From the NCBI GenBank assembly GCA_003990765.1, contig RBNJ01000211.1, positions 1-36,645 of the forward strand: a stretch of 36,645 nucleotides of DNA, in the 5' to 3' direction. The translations under genes were made by a program, and so were the position numbers. The DNA is from Jimgerdemannia flammicorona (lineage: Eukaryota). The notes under the pieces are model-generated. The model searched no databases. It saw only the letters and a program-made list of their open reading frames with translations, and had not been told where the DNA came from. This document shows, one piece after another, positions 1 through 11,356 of the stretch. Numbering within the stretch: position 1 is the stretch's first letter; each line of letters begins with the position of its first letter.

Positions 1-201
1 GCGTAGAGTAGTGTAGCGTATATTAAAGAGGTGTTTTGGTTAGCCACTAACCGGGGCTCATAACCTATTGTGAAATACTGGAATTTGAGGGATAAAGGAG
101 CAATCTTTATTGATATGCGCGAAGCGCATATTTACGCATTGATGACGTTTCCACTGATGATGTCCTCACACGTGAGCTGCGCCACCTTCACGTGAGCTAC
201 A
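1..201 (-). mobile_element. 5' end of a young Ty1/copia LTR retrotransposon (133-bp LTR 69-201 plus PBS; body lies outside the window)
   Basis: Minus strand reads TGTAGCTC...TATTTCACA (TG..CA termini, AATAAA inside), then ATAGGTTATGAGCCCC, the copia/hemivirus-type PBS. CpG-rich, unlike the flank. Confidence 0.75.
53..65 (-). other. Copia-type primer binding site (internal/half tRNA-iMet type)
   Basis: GGTTATGAGCCCC, 3 nt downstream of the LTR-terminal CA on the minus strand. Confidence 0.7.
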
Positions 202-744
202 TACCGAGTTGACTAGCTAGAAATCTCAACAAAGATATATAGCTAAAGTTGAGATATATAGAATACTAGGTGAATCCTTTCTAATATTGCTGGGAGATCC
301 AACTTATATACAACAGGTTCATATTTTTTGAGAATTTTGAATGATCCAATATAGTATGGTCTAAGTTTCTTTTTTGGACCTATGTTACTTAAAGTTAGAT
401 ACTAGATACTGAGTAATACTTGTTCTTCTTTTTCATAGGTGACTTCTCTTCTATTCTTATTAGTATATACTATTTATATTTTTTGTACTTCTATGAGAGT
501 ATCTTATGCTTACTGAATATTACCTTATATAGTATCAGTGATTTCTTGTACTACTGATACTATAGTTTGAGTTATAACTATTGAAGTTTGTAGATATTGT
601 CTATGGTTCAAATAGAATAGTATCATCTTAGTACTTATACTTGAACTATTGTTTTAGGTAAATTCAACTAGAGTTAGCTTTTTGTCTCAATCATTTTGCT
701 TATAGCTACAGTAGATGCTAAGCATTTGTTTTAGGGTTTGATAG
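202..744 (-). pseudogene. Old host Ty3/gypsy pol, fragment 3: integrase C-terminus with GPY/F region
   Basis: Manual translation: QTLKQMLSIYCSYKQND*DKKLTLVEFT*NNS...KKLRPYYIGSFKILKKYEPVVYKLDLP...RIHLVFYISQL. Joins in frame with 17778-18357 when E1 and one TSD copy are removed (ERIY|QTL). Confidence 0.85.
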
Positions 745-2295
745 TGTAATAAACCAAAACATACCACCCAAATTATAACTTAGCCAGATGACATGAATAA
801 TTAGCATACTTAACCAGATGACATAGGCTTCCAGCATGACATAACTTCCAGTGTATCATAGTTACTCATACCTGTCACAGTTATAATTAGCCAGACATAC
901 TAGAAAGGGTCTGTTTACCTATACAGACTCTGTATATCTACCATAAATAGCAATCTATAGTTAGCAACATAGTAACCAGATAGCAACCAACTTGTATAAA
1001 TTACCCCAGAGACAAGAGTAAATAAACCTTAGTCTGAAATTGAAGCAAAAGACAAGTCTGCCTACTACACTTTAAGAGGAACTCTACAGCTACTGCTAGG
1101 AGATTGTGAGCTTATTTCCCCACTCTGGTCTACTTTTCAATACAAAGTTTGAAGATTTTGCCACCAAGTTCAAGTGAAGAACTTCACCACCTTTAGAATT
1201 ATTAATATGCTTACCAGACTAAGCCTGAAGAATCTGAGTTTGCTGCCAAAAGTTCTAGGAAGAACTTTGCTACCATTTTCAAGAAGTCTGCCAATTCTGG
1301 AGAATCCACATCATCTGCCATTTCTAAGTTATTTGCCACATTCCCAGAAAAGCTGCCTTGTTTAAGCCAGTTTCTAATGCAACTTCACAGTGATCCATTC
1401 ACACAAATGAAGCTAGTCTTTGATGCAACTTTGCTAAGAGACCCTTTCTAAGAAGCTACCAGCACATTTCCCAGTTGAAGCCACTAATTCAGAAGAATCC
1501 ACACTATTGTATTCCTAGTTGAATCCACCATTTTCAAGTTATCTGCATTCCCAGAAGAACCCACACCATCTGAGTAGTATTCCCAGTTGAAGCTGCCAAT
1601 TTAGAAGAATCCATATCATTATATTTCCAGTTGAATTCACTATTTTTGAGTTATCTGCATTCTCAGAAGAACCCACACCATCTGAGTAGTATTTCCAGTT
1701 GAAGCCACTGATTCAGAAGAATCTGTGCCATCCGAGTTATTTCCCAGAAAACCATCAATCTAGAAAGAATCTGTGATATCTGAGTTATTCATTTGTTCCC
1801 AGTGAGCCTGAGTTATCGAGTCATCCGCTGCCAGTATGATTCCCAGTAACATTCAAGATTTAGAAGAATCTATGCCAAATCAAGTTATCTGCCAGATTAC
1901 TAGACCACACCACATAAGGGATCCACTCATGCTATACAAGATCATCATGTAGAAATCACATACTTTTGATCAATACTCTAGAAAGAGAACTGCTAAATTG
2001 CCAGACTGTCATATACAGAGATCATCGCACTATACATGAAATTGTATCAATTCCCAGTTGATCCAAGAAGGAAAGACATACAAATCACTACTACACTAGA
2101 GAACTATCTCAATTAGGAAATTGACATACAAATTGCTCACAGATATCTAGCTTTGACTATTATACCACTAAATACCAAAGACCTCAGGAATCTTAGAACA
2201 TTTTGTTGCTTTTTGACAAAGTAACTGAGGGCTCAAGCCAAACTACATCAACTCCCAACCTTGTAATTTGCCTTCATTGAGCCAGGCACATTACA
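745..2295 (+). repeat. E1 5' LTR (1551 bp)
   Basis: Starts TGTAAT, ends ATTACA. Direct repeat of 16257-17777, with internal tandem repeats. Confidence 0.95.
995..1026 (+). promoter_or_regulatory. Putative LTR TATA box (TATAAA 995-1000) and polyadenylation signal (AATAAA 1021-1026)
   Basis: The TATAAA..AATAAA block recurs in all four E1/E2 LTRs, just downstream of where their otherwise different 5' parts converge. Confidence 0.55.
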
Positions 2296-2297
2296 TT

Positions 2298-2315
2298 TGG
2301 GGGCTCAACTGGAAA
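2298..2315 (+). other. E1 primer binding site, tRNA-Pro type
   Basis: TGGGGGCTCAACTGGAAA, 2 nt after the LTR. Resembles the tRNA-Pro PBS TGGGGGCTCG.CCGGGA after CpG decay. Confidence 0.8.
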
Positions 2316-2852
2316 GATTTCAAATCGATATAACTTTTCAGCTCATAAGAACCTACAGTCAAACTGGATACATTTGATACAACACCAATCTCTACCACTA
2401 TAGGAGAACTAGTTATCACCAGCATCTGGACAGGAAGAGAAGTAATCACATCAAGACTTGCCAACTACCCAGTATCAGAAGGATCCCAACCAGAACCAGA
2501 AGGCAGTATAGCCTGAAATCTCCAACCAGATCAACCAGACAATATAGGTGGCCCTGTTGGAGACTTTGAAGAACTTGCATAAGAACTAGAAGATCTTATT
2601 ACACAAGCCCAGGATCTTACAACCAGATACCCTATACCGGTCCCATCAATCTCACCAACAGAACCTTTACCACAACCCCTCATGGAATTGGAAGTAGCTC
2701 CTACAAGAATACCTAGACTCATTCCACTTTGTCCAAGATCCAGAACACTATCCTCAAGATACCCAAGCACCCCCATCTCCAGTGATAGCTCAGGAAGTGA
2801 ATCAGAATTAGAATCTGGACCAGAACCAGAATCAGAAGAAAGTGATGATAAA

Positions 2853-5800
2853 ATGGGCACCTTATTGCCAACCTTTGCAGGATACCCAGAGGAAGACCCC
2901 AGAGAATTCCTTGATGGAATTGAAGGAATTGCAGCCTTGAGGAATCTCTCAGATGAAAGAAAAATTGCCATCTACAAGGCTCAGCTCAGAGAATTAGTCA
3001 GAGGAATTTTCCACTGAACAGCAAATGACCCAGATTCAGAACTGGTAAGACAGATACAAGTAGCAGCATCTTATGAGCTAGAATATGTGGCCATGGTCCA
3101 CTAGCTCATTGAAAAGTATACAGGAAATGAAACCCACCACAAGGCCTAAGAATCCATCATGGGGATAAAGATAAATCTTGGAGAATCACCCAGAGCCTTC
3201 TTTACAAGAATCCAGAAGAGAATGCATGCTGCTGGATTCAATGCCATCAACCAGGACATTATAGGTCCAATAACCTTCATGAACAGAATTCCCCTGAACA
3301 TTGCCCAGCATGTCTGTACCCTAGGCATCAGAAGGTCTGAAGAGCAAGTAGATGCAGTCCAAGAATTCTTTGATGTCAGATAAGAAACTACCTGGAGTGA
3401 CCATGACAAGAAAGAAGATAAAGAAGACATCCTGGTCAAAGTCCTATAAGGACTCTTCTAAGGACAAGAGAGATCTGAATAAAGAAGGCTAGCTAGGGAA
3501 GGAAAGAAGGACAGAAGTGAAATTCAAGACCTCAGCTCCAAGTTGGACCAATTGGTTGGACAGATTGAAAAACTCACCACATGCGAAAATCAGAGCTACC
3601 AAGACAACAGAGGATACTCACCACAGAGAAGCTAAGGTTATTCACCAAGAGTCAACAGGAATTACCAGCAAGAGGAAAGAAGGTACCCTGTCCAAGATAA
3701 AGCACAAGTCCAATGTTTCCACTGTAGACAATTAGGATATTATGCTACTGAATATAACAATAAAAGAAGTGACCAAAGGGACTCAGAATCATAAAACTGA
3801 AGAAATAACACTTAGTACAAAAAGACTGAAGCTCATCCTGTCAAAGATTTCAAGGAAGCAAGCAATAGTAAAGACTACAGTGATCTAGACTTATACCCTA
3901 CTAAGGTTACCACTCAGAAAACAGTCTATCCAGTGGAGAAAAGGAAGAGACTTGTAGGAAGACCATCCAGGAATGTCAGTAGAAGAATCATCTAAGAAGA
4001 AGATGAAGAACATGAGGAAGAACAAGTAGAAACACCTCCCTGAACTCCCTCACCTTTTGTCCCTGAGACAAACAAGTTGTTACCAGAAGATAAAGAAATG
4101 GAATAAGAAGAATGGGAACCTGCTACCCCAAAGCCCAAAAAGAAGTACACCCCAAAGACTATGCTCAGAGACATCTACAATGAAGTCTAGTAGAAGATTC
4201 AAGAGACCAAGATGGAAGTTCCTCTCCTGCAGTTCCTGCAACTGATACCAGCTAGAGTTTGAAACAAATTGCTGAGAACAACCAGATCTAGCACTGGCTG
4301 AGTCCCAATCCCACAGCAAGAACCAGTCCCCTTCCCTGTCCAAGCAGCTGAAAGACATGTCAGCACCTACCTACATGGAGATATTGGAGGACAAAAGGCA
4401 AAGATCCTTATAGACACAGGAGCAGCTGTCTGTATCATTGCCAAACAGTTCCTGGACACCCTCCAATGGCCCATTGATGGACCATCTAACCTCAGCATCA
4501 TAGTAGTAGATGGAGCCTGAATCCAACCCCTTGGAGAAGTACAAAATATCACCATCTCCCTTGGACACATTCAGTTCTCTATCCCAAAAGCAGTTGACAC
4601 TGAGGCTGTCACCTATGACATGATTCTTAGCACCAACTGGATGAAGGAAATGAATGCAGTTGTTGATATTGGTCAACAAGTACTCAAGTTTGACTACCGA
4701 GGCAAGAAGTACAGAGTTAAGATGACTAGCTATGAGCAATCGAAGAAGAAGAAGAAGGTTACAGGAGGAATATGCCAGTAGCGAAGAATCTACCACAGAA
4801 GAAGAGGAAGAATCTGAAGATGGAAATGATCCCAGACTCAATCCCTGAATTAACCTGGTAGATGACAGACCAGAAGACAATGTGTGGGCCAAGAACATCA
4901 TCCCTATCACCATTGGAGCTATTACAGGAGAAATCAAAGGATGCCCTACCTGCCTCAAGAGACACAAGTGTCCCAAGCATTCCTCCAAGATCATGGGAAT
5001 AAGAAAATCGCCTTGCACAGCCTGCCCAGAGTGCAGAAAGAAGAAGAAGAAATGCAGACATATTCCAGAAACACCTACAACCAAAGCTGCAGAAGTACAA
5101 GCAATTTGGGATCAAGAATCATCTGAGGAAGAAGAAGCTCCTGATCAAGAAGTTCCTGAACAAGAAGTATCTGAAGAAGAAGAGGTTTCTGAACTCATTC
5201 TATAGGATGACCCTTGGAATATAGAAGAAGGACCCAGCACAATCACCATTATCTCCAAGAAAGAAACTCACTAAGAAAAGGCTTTTTGACTAGGAAGATG
5301 TCCACACCAAATGATTTTCCACTCTCCTCGAGACTATTGCTATCAGTGCCATCTACTAGACCAATAGGAGAGACAGAGACCCCAGAGACCAGAACCCCCA
5401 AATACACTTATACAGTTAACCACCTTCCAAGAAGTTACCACTAAGCTGCAGAGTTGATTTAGAGGACAAGGCTTCTTCACCTGAACAGAAATATATCCCT
5501 TGTCTACTCTCCCTCCAACTTATGACCAAGATGGATACTAATTCCCTAGACAACAAGAGATAAATAGCCAGGAACATCATTTTCAAGCAATGGGATATTG
5601 CAACCATGGGAGACACCCTGACTGCCAAGACTGCAGACATCAGAAGATTCACCTCAGTCATGATGTTGTAATCCATACTTTAAAGAAAGGAGACAACAGA
5701 GGCCAGATCCAAAAAAGCCAGACCAAGAAGCCAGAAAGAAGAATCCTCAAGATCTATGATTTGGGAGAAGACATCTAAGCTCTCATCAGACATGCAACCT

Positions 5801-8432
5801 GCCAAGGATGGGCAGAAGATGCCACCAACTTCATGGAAGCCCTAGACCCTACAGGAAGAAGAGGAATCAACTATCTCCGAGATCCCTCTACTGGAGCCAG
5901 ATGGCCACACCTCAACCTTAGAGCTTGGAGGCTCTCTTCTAGTGGAGCCTCAGCCTAAGGAAAGACCGAACTTAGCAAGGATGTTGCCCAATATACCCTG
6001 CTACACCCTAAGGCCAAACCTCTGACCAAAGCCCACCTAGAGGATGTAGGGTATAATCTTCATAGTCTGGAGGATGAATCCATCAAGCCCAGAAAAACAT
6101 TTATAATCAGAACCAAACTAGTCATGCAGTCACCTCAAGGAACTTATATACAACTGACCTAAAGGTCTGAACTTGCCAGATAAGGAATAACTGTGGAAGG
6201 AGGAACCATTGACCCAGGATATACAGGCAAAATCAAGGTTATCCTACACAACAGCAGTGCAGAATGGCACTGAATCATTAGAGGACAGAAGATTGCCCAA
6301 GCAGTCTTCATGAAGGTCAGAACTCCACAATTATAAGAAGTGTCCAAACTAACTGAAGGATCAAGACAAGTCAAAGGATTTGGAAGTTCAGACAAGAAGG
6401 AAGTGCATCTCCTTCAGGTCAACCACCTCAAGAGAAATGCTCCCCAGCAAGTATACTGTCAACCAGTCAAACTGTATAAGAACCTCATCCTGGAGCCTGG
6501 AGAACAAACCACCTTTGAAATCTTTACACTGCCTGACCTCAGAAACCTTTTCTTTGAACCCAAAGAAGATATCTCATACCTGGACATAGAAGGACACACA
6601 TTCCCTGATAAGATGAATCCAGTACACTCCCGAGCAACCAACCAAAGTTGGGAAACCATCATCTTGCCAAAAGGAACCATCATAGGACATCTGGTGCCTT
6701 TTCTCAACTGAACTCATAGGGAAGTTTATGAACTAAACCTATCAGAAAATGGCAAAAGGTCCCAGAAGAAAGAAAAGGCCCCTCTGTAACCCAGGAGACA
6801 GTGAAGCCTTCCACCAACATTGGAGAAGAATTGATACTCCAACAATAGCAACAACTAGTAGAACTTCTCAACAAAAATCAAGATATCTTCACCACTGATT
6901 ATGGCAACCTGCCATACAATCCATCATACCACCACAGCATAAATACAGAAAATGCAACACCCATCTGGCAGAAACTCTATAGAATACTCCATCACTTGAA
7001 AACATTCGAAAAGGAGCACATTCAAGAACTCTTAGACAATGGAGTCATCTGACCATCTACTAGCCCCTGGGCCAGCCCTATACTTATTATACCAAAGAAA
7101 GGAGGATGGAGACTCTGTATGGATTACAGGAAACTCAATTCAGTCACTAAAAAGGATGCCTATTCTTTACTCAGAATCAATGACCTTTTGGATCAATTAT
7201 AAGATACCAGATACTTCAGCAGTATGGACCTTTTTGCAGGATTCTATGGACCCCAAAGACATTCAAAAGACAGCCTTTCTTACTTTAGGAAAACTGTTTG
7301 AATATCTCTGAATGCCCTTTGGACATTGCAATGTACCTCCCACCTTTTAGAGGATGATGAATTCAGTCTATACCTCCTTGATCTACCACTGCCTGATTAT
7401 ATATATAGATGATTTCAACATCTATTCAGCAAATTTTGAAGAACACCTGCACCACTTAGAGGAATTCTTCAAGCTCACCTACAAGAACCACTTGAGATTG
7501 AATATAAGGAAATGCTACTTTGGAAAACAGAAACTTGAATTCCTTGGATTTATAGTTTCGAAAGAAGGAACCCATGCAGACCCAAAGAAAACTGAGAAGA
7601 TTAACAACTAGCCAGTACCCAAAACCCCAAAAGAAACATTATCATTCCTGGTGCTAGTATTCTACTACAAAAGGTTCATCAAGGACTTTGCCCAGAATGC
7701 TGCCCCTATCTGAGTCCTTCTCAAGAAAGGAGTACCTTACAAATAGACAGAATTACAAGAAAAAACCTTCAAGGAACTCAAGAACTGCATGACTACAGTA
7801 CCAATTCTTATATACTCCAATCTGCAGAAGCCATTTATCTTGTATACAGATGCTTCTAAAGATGGCCTCAGAGCAGTTCTAGCCCAAGAAGGACCTGACC
7901 AACAATACTATATGATAGCTTATGCAAGTTGAGCTACCAATCAGCAGCAGATGAACTATGGTAGCACCAAACTGGAATGCCTTACAGTCATTTGGGCAAT
8001 CACTCTGTTCAAGCATTACCTCATTGGAAAAAGGTTCACCCTGATCACAGACCATGTAGCCCTCAAATGGCTATTCAACCACAAGAAACTCACCGGAATC
8101 TTAGCCTGCTGGATCCTTATTCTTTAGGATTATAAAATCACCATTATCTACAAAGCAGGGAAAGCTCACAACAATGTTGATGTACTTTCCCACCAGCCCC
8201 AATGAATTAGAAGAAGGGTGTCTCAAGGAACCACACCCTAAAGGAAGCTCCTCAGACCATCAAGGTATAAGAAGATCTCATCCAAAAAGAACATCAGAAA
8301 GCTCACCAAGGACAGGCGAATATAGAAGAGAAGCTGCAAACAATACACCAACATTGGCCTAACCTCAGAACACAAGTCTGGGATATACTCAAGAAATGTG
8401 ACACCTGCCAGAAGTACTAAGGAAGGAAGAAC
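2853..8432 (+). pseudogene. E1 gag-pol, 5' part: capsid, Zn knuckle, aspartic protease, Cys-rich insert, dUTPase, RT, RNase H, integrase Zn finger
   Basis: PTFAGYPEEDPREFL (2853+), QCFHCRQLG (~3710), ILIDTGAAV (~4405), SPWASP/DYRKLN (~7060-7140), YIDD (~7405), YTDASKDG (~7845), KCDTCQKY (~8395). Many stops of CGA/CAA/TGG origin. Confidence 0.95.
5986..6390 (+). pseudogene. dut: dUTPase domain of E1 (between protease and RT)
   Basis: Motifs DVGYNL, RSELA, GGTIDPGYTG, KIAQ and RQVKGFGSS, i.e. the five trimeric dUTPase motifs in canonical order. Confidence 0.92.
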
Positions 8433-8520
8433 TAGTGCTCTGAATGGATGGAGTTGATCTGGATGAGATTTGATTCAGATTCATCATGTGATGGATTCAA
8501 ATCAACTCAGATTGGTCTTG

Positions 8521-8666
8521 TGATCTGATCCAGATTGATCCAGATTGATCCAGATTGATCCATCCAGATTGATCCATCTGGATTGATCCGGATTGATCTA
8601 TCTGGATTGGTCCATCTGGATTGGTCTATCTGGATTAGTCCATCTGGATTGATTCATCCAGATTGA
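8521..8666. repeat. hAT left subterminal repeats (GATCCAGATT / GATCCATCTGGATT units)
   Basis: Tandem 10- and 14-bp units next to the TIR. Confidence 0.85.
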
Positions 8667-8828
8667 AATCTTTAGTGACATCACCCTTTCTTTTGTTCAT
8701 TTCACTCTTGTTTTTTTTTTCCTGCTGCACTTTGGTGACATCACCCTTTTCTTTTGCTCCCTCTCTTCTTTTGTTCTTTTCTTTGTTCTTTTTCTTTGTT
8801 CTTTTTCTTTATTCTTTCCTGCTGCATC

Positions 8829-11048
8829 ATGAGCAAACAAAACAGCAGCCCTTAATTTGTACGTTGGTCCAGTCTACTCATTTTTCACCCTATAATGATC
8901 ATCAAAAGAGAGAGTATTCGAGGTGGAAATACACTCTCTGCTGACAATGTTAGATTCTTTCTCATATGGACAGTATACAAGCTGCTCATTGAGAGCCAAA
9001 GGGGTGATGGTGGTGGTGGTGGCAATGGTGATGGTGATGGTGGAGATGAGGGAGAATTCTGGCAACAACTCACAGCAGCCCTTCAGACCTCAGAATTTAC
9101 AGACCTCACAGCTATGTACACAGCAGCCTTTTTGGAGCAGCTGATAGTAGATGTAGGTTGCTCACTCAGCTGCCACTTGTTTACTTGTGTTTATTTAAAC
9201 TTCCCCAGCATGACTTAATTCATCTCGTGCTTTTCTTAGGGTCCACAGCTCTATGGCAAGATCTGCCAACTTTATTTGCAACATCTGGTCAAGATGAAGA
9301 AAGGCTGGCAGACATTGTGGGGCATGCCTTTGGTGGCTGAGCTATTGAGTCAATACATCACATGGTAGAGGTCTCAAAAGGAATAGAAGTAAGCCTTTGT
9401 GAGCAATCTTGTGCAACTCGTGCAACTTGTCAGCATGAAACTTGTTGGCATGCAGCTCACTTACTCACTCACTCATGCTCTTTTTCTGAAATACCCATCT
9501 CTATGTTTTATTTAATTTTATTTTTACATAGTCTCCCCCTAAAAAACATCCACACCCATATGCAACCTGTCTGCATGCAACCTGCCTGCATGCAATCCAC
9601 CTGCACACAATCTGCCTACATGTAATCTGCCTACATGCAACCCACCCGCAACCTGCCTGCACGCAATCCACCCATACACAACCCACTCACCTACAACCTG
9701 CCTGCATGCAACCTGCCCGTAACCTGCCTGCACGCAACCTGCCTACATGCAACCCACCTGCACACAACCCATCTGTATGCAACCCATCCACATACTTATC
9801 TTGGTCCCTCAGATCAGGGCTCAGTTTCATTGGAAAGGAGAGTTCAAAGTTATCTGAGTTCAACCACATCCGGCATCTGATCAAATAGAGAAATTTGAGG
9901 GCAAGATGTTTAGCATAAGTAGTACCAGCATTGTCATCAAGGCTTAGGGGTCTACATTCGAATCAGAGCCAATCGAACTTGACCAAGGGGTCCATTGGCC
10001 AGTAGGAGTAACTAATGATGAAGAGAACCATATCTTTATTAATGAATGTGGAGAGGTGGTTGTAATGGTGGTAAGGAACCTCTATGGCGATGAGCTTTGC
10101 CACCATATCAACGAGATTTACAAGGATTGTGTCAAATACCAGGTGGTAGGAAAGAGGGGGCGAAAAAAGCAAGGAGGGGAGGTTTGGACAGGAATTAGGT
10201 ACATATACTGCAACACTAGCAAAGGGTGGGTTCTGGAGTTCCAAAATCCCCTGCACTCATCTCTCTTTTTTTTTAACCCCTCCCCAGATAAATCACACTC
10301 TTTGCTGACATACTCTTTTTGATACAATTCCAGGAATGCACAAGATTCTGTACCCCTATCAGAACTTTAGAAGTGCCATCGAAGAGCAAACTGCATATGA
10401 GTACAACATGGCCTGTGCAGTGATGGTGGCTATAATCTGGGGTTCTTTGAGCAGATTAGTAGAGCATACAGCAGGCCAGCTTAGTGGTGATCTCGGTGCA
10501 GCTGTACATATATTCTTGGTGCAATTTAGTATGCTATATGAGGTGAGGAGCTCCACTTTTTCAGGGTACTGCAGCCCAGGAGGTTTCTGCCCCCCTACAT
10601 GCAAAAAGGACTAACCGGTTGGCATCTGTTTTGGCAGGTTTCTAAGCTGGGGCTCCTGGGGCTGCACCAAGAGCAGGCATCCACCAGCATAGCCTGGCAG
10701 TATGAGATTCTAGGCCAAGGGTTCACCCAACTGTATGCTTGCATCACATCAGAATATGTTGGGTGCAACCTTTCTCTACCCACACACACAGACAACAATG
10801 TCACCCCAGTAATGTTTTATATCCCGGAAAGGAAGGGCCCAATCTGGGAGGATAGTGGCGAAGTCTGGTATGACCTCACCTATAGTTTTGGGGTCCTATT
10901 TATAGCCAACACAGCTGTCCTATTCCAACCACATGACCACCATGGTACTGTTGCCTTTGAGGAGAGCTCAGACACAACAGTTGTCACACTCACAACAGAT
11001 GATAGGCTCATCAAGGCCTGGGACTGGCAGGTGGAGCAGTTTTTGTAA
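8829..11048 (+). pseudogene. Multi-exon cargo gene: putative TET/JBP-like 2OG-Fe(II) dioxygenase
   Basis: Plausible GT-AG introns (donors ~8859, 9153, 9389, ~10225, 10543; acceptors 9239, 9812, 10333, ~10637). The last exon is open, with H-T-D (10785-10793), GEVWYDLTYSFGV..NTAVLFQP and distal HGT (10941-10949). Upstream exons contain stops. Exon model is approximate. Confidence 0.65.
9560..9792. repeat. 15-bp minisatellite (GCAACCTGCCTGCAY) in a predicted intron of the cargo gene
   Basis: About 15 degenerate tandem units between donor GTAAGC (9389) and acceptor CCCTCAG (9812). Confidence 0.85.
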
Positions 11049-11101
11049 GGGTTAGGCAATCTTTCGCAAGGGTTAGGCAATCTTTCATGAGGGTTAGGCA
11101 G
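11047..11101. repeat. Three tandem copies of AGGGTTAGGCA(ATCTTT) directly after the cargo stop codon
   Basis: Direct reading; roughly 21-bp period. Confidence 0.8.
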
Positions 11102-11356
11102 CCATTTTGTGTAGGTTGGGCAGTCTTATGTAGGAGGGTTGGGCTGGGCATCTCTTATATAGCACTAGCTTAGCCATTATATAGGGCCCTACCAGCCCCT
11201 CAGCCCTGATCTTTAGTGCCGCCAGTGCAGTACTGCGGTGCAGGGCCGGGGTGCCCATGGGACCTGAGCCAGCAACTTCGACTATCAGAAACACCCTCCG
11301 ACCACCAGAAGCACCCTCCGACTGCCAGAAGTACCCTCCACCCTGGACTCCTTGGC

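Noticed and set aside
114..220. Helitron 3' end (hairpin plus CTAG)
   Set aside because: The hairpin is ~80 bp from the CTAG, which belongs to the host gypsy. TG..CA termini plus a copia PBS explain the segment better.
4371..5084. 237-aa antisense ORF and other minus-strand ORFs over gag-pol
   Set aside because: Shadow frames of the purine-rich sense strand; broken at different places in E2.
8663..8944. Hydrophobic 93-aa membrane protein
   Set aside because: Translation of a T/C-rich low-complexity leader upstream of the cargo gene.
11047..11101. Telomeric repeat (GGGTTAGG)
   Set aside because: Part of a ~21-bp tandem unit, not contiguous TTAGGG arrays.
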